64,000 nucleotides of DNA from Callorhinchus milii (lineage: Eukaryota), in assembly GCF_018977255.1 (NCBI RefSeq), contig NW_024704744.1, positions 71,548,001 through 71,612,000 of the forward strand. Reading direction: 5' to 3'. The notes beneath the pieces are model-generated. The model was not told the DNA's origin. It saw only the letters and a list, made by a program, of their open reading frames with translations, and did not search any database. Below are positions 60,946 through 64,000 of this stretch, piece after piece. The first letter of the stretch is position 1, and every line of letters begins with the position of its first letter. Both the position numbers and the translations under genes were made by a program.

Positions 60946-63603
60946 TGCTCATGCTTTCTGTTTGCATTTCAACACATTTGTGTGTGAATTTAAATTCTAC
61001 CACAGCAGCCTGCTTCTCTTTCAGACAGTTTGTGGATTCAAAGCTAAGGATTGTCATTTACTTCATTTTGGGAGTTTCATATGTTCTTCACTAATTCAGA
61101 ATTGAGTATTTTTAAACTCACATTTGACATTTTTCATACAAGTTCCTGCCGTAAAGCGTTAAACCTGGTGGTTTTCCTTGTTTTTTTAACCTGTATTCTT
61201 TTTGAATTTAAGCTATCCAGCCAAGGTTTTATTTTAATTTTGCAGGAAATTTACTTCATAATTTTACTAAACATGAGACCTTGAGAGGAAATGCTAAGAA
61301 TAGCCTGAAATAACAAGAAAAAACAGTATTTGAAATAGTTTTCTTTCATTATCTCTACTTCATCAGAGGTGAAACAGAATTGGCACACAATGAGCTGTGA
61401 TCTGCACTTTTGGGCTTTGGGTTGTTTTCCAGAGTTTACTGGAAGAAAATGTGCTGAAACACCAAATATAGTTTTTTTTCCCCATAATAGCGGTTGTTTT
61501 TGTAGCAATGGTTTGGGTGTACCGTATTTAGGATAGTTAATTGCTGTACCATGCAGAATTGTTCTTTTCTAATAGAAATAGTCACTTGAAAACTGTACAG
61601 TACAGCCTTGTACTTAAAACTACATTTACTGAGTTCCAATGACTTCCCATTTCTGCCAGCTCAAACTCAGCATTGTAGCCAGAATAATGAAGAAGAGTAA
61701 AAGTTGTGATAGTTTAAGACTATTTAGTGTGTAATTGGGTAATTGGGCTCCAATGAAGGACATGACTGGGTTGAATCTTAGTCTCAAATCTTGCAGGGTT
61801 TACTGCAACAATAATACACTGTAATACACAGGGATGCAATAGCCAGCATTATTTAAAAAGTACAGCAACACCCACAGCTGGTAGACATTCTTGGTCCACA
61901 TCACATTTCTTTTTGACAGCCCACGAAAAAATCGTTGATGTCAAGTTTTCTTTTTTCTCTTGCTCATTGCATGCGAGTGATCCAGAAACGGCGCATTTAT
62001 GTTTTATTATGCTTTCTGTTGATGGAATTGTTGGCAATTTTTCAAGGATCTTGGAATTTGTTCCATTGGCCTGCCTGGTGCAGACCCAAGATAATGGGTT
62101 GATTATAATTTTTTTGCAACCCAATGTTGATTGTTAGTGTTGCTAACCGACAAGGTGGGCAAGGAGTACTGTCATGCACAGAACAAGCAAATGCACTAAA
62201 ACCCCGGCTTGAGTGCCGAAAAATGCCAGTCCCGGCATTGTAATTGTTTGAATCCCACAAGCAGAAGATGGTCAAAGTGGATCATCCTGGCTATTGAAGG
62301 CCAGCAAGCATGATGAGGCAGGTGTGGCTAGGAGAATGAGTTTGTCTGTTTCAGCCCCGGTCTGGCTAGGTATGAATTCTGGATATCCAGAGCGTTTACT
62401 GTAATACAAGATTGAATATCACTATTCTTGGTTACTAGTTTTGAAGATAAATTAAATTGCTGTGTGTTGGCACTGTTAATCTTGTCCTTCCAGAAAGTCA
62501 ATCCTCCTTTCTTTGTGTTGCAGCATGAAGTTTTCTTAAATCCAGTGTCTTGACCACAGCCACCCTTCCTGATGAGCATTTTCAGCTGTTGATTATGCTC
62601 CTGTAGAAAAGCTTTTCACAACTCTGAAATTATGATCCCATGTTCTGCTGTCTTTAATCTTAAAGCAGTTTATTTGCTTGTTTTCTTGGTTAAAAGGGTT
62701 ATCAATATAAGTGATTAAAGACATTGGTTTCCATTAGGAAACTGTCTTCCAGAGTGTTCGGATTAATACAAATGTACTGTACATCTGTTCTATCCCTTTG
62801 TGAAGACAGTTATCACTACAACTCTAAAAATGTGTGTATATATATATATATATAACAGGTGTACGTACCTTCATGGCTTTAAGAGAGCTTAGCTTGTTCG
62901 TTGTTTAATAGTTTGTGTAAGAAATCAATCAACTATGTACTACATGTAAAAGCTACAGCAGTTGATGGATAATATTTTACTTGTGTGCCCAGCTGTTAGG
63001 TTCAAGTAAATCCTAACATCAGATTCCCAAGCATTACATTTCTCTAAGAAAGTTAATCCGATGAATTGAGCCCTAATGCCAAGCTTTAACTTTTACCATG
63101 TCAAGATGTGTGATTTTTGTGGTGAAATTGAATCTGTCCATCTCCCTGGTACCTGCAAAATTCCTATTGTAAGTAGTGTATGAAGCTAGTTGTACTGGGC
63201 CTGCTAGTATTAATCTAATCTGTCTTGCTTTATACTGAGTGAAATTGAAGGTAGAAATTAGAAAGGCTTTGGTAGACTATTCAAAAAGCTAATGTGGACT
63301 ATTTGCCCCCTATTGCCCTATAAACAAAATTCAGGGAAAGTGTAGTAATTTCCTTGATTAAATTCTTGGATACCAAGGAAATCTGTAACAGAACTTTTAT
63401 GAAGCTCATAAACTTGTAAAATATTTGATTCCTCCAGTGCTGCTCAAAATAGATAAACCGGTCCACTTCCTTTGAAGGAATTAATTGTTATTTGACAACA
63501 ACAGTCTGTTTTGAAGGTTGACTGCCTAAAATTGGATAAAATCTTACAAATGAGCATGGTTTAGAATTACTCCAAATTGTAGTCAATCTATAGATAATCT
63601 AGT

Positions 63604-63760
63604 ACACAAAAACAGAGGGCTGGGAAAATTCAGCAGGTCGGGCAGCACCTATGGAGAAAGGAAAGTGAGTCAATGTTTCAGGTCCACGACCCTTCGTCAG
63701 AACTTCTCTCTTGCTCTCTTTGTTTCAGATTTCCAGCATCTGCAGTATTTTGTGTTTTGT
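63604..63760. mobile_element. Penelope-derived fragment with a hammerhead-like core on the minus strand
   Basis: Minus strand reads aagttCTGACGAagggtcgtggacctGAAACattgactc; same family as 52991-53230. Confidence 0.7.
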
Positions 63761-64000
63761 ATAGATAATGTAGTATTTGATTAGTAACAATTTTCAACAT
63801 TGATTGGGAGTTTTGACCAATATTACATCAAATCCTTTCCCACCTTGAATAATGCAATCCACCTGCTACTCTGTAACTCATCTACTTAATTAGTCCAGTT
63901 CTTGAAGATAGATTTCCTCAATACATTTTGCTTTTGAAAGCTTCTTTCCCTTTGAATAATGTGAATCATAGGGGACCCACAATGGCTCTTTTTAGAAATC

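Noticed and set aside
60416-64000. ATL2 exon 3 (expected ..EPLTGF.WRGG.ERETTG..)
   Set aside because: Not found; it must lie beyond the window end.

Overview
Vertebrate, intron- and repeat-rich genomic DNA. The repeat content (abundant L2 and CR1 LINEs, tRNA/Deu-domain SINEs, LF-SINE-like and Penelope-derived elements) points to a cartilaginous fish, probably a chimaera; this is an inference. Three + strand protein-coding genes can be assembled from splice-compatible exons. (1) The last three coding exons and 3' UTR of an hnRNP L-family gene, HNRNPLL by synteny (607-2249). (2) A three-exon STUM/SPEC3-family membrane-protein gene (about 10581-17565, about 200 aa), with a perfect palindromic RFX X-box about 200 bp upstream and a palindromic CTCF motif between it and HNRNPLL; I know of no such gene in the mammalian HNRNPLL-ATL2 interval. 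(3) The 5' end of atlastin-2 (ATL2): CpG-island promoter, exon 1 at 45599-45665, exon 2 at 60168-60415, plus a candidate in-phase alternative first exon encoding a poly-Glu tract. Other notable structures are a G-rich VNTR next to the ATL2 promoter, a TSD-flanked Penelope-type hairpin with hammerhead-ribozyme core motifs, and a locally templated inverted insertion. Nearly all other ORFs in the track are decayed retroelement frames or chance ORFs. Family names and comparisons to other species come from memory, not from a database search; repeat boundaries are approximate.
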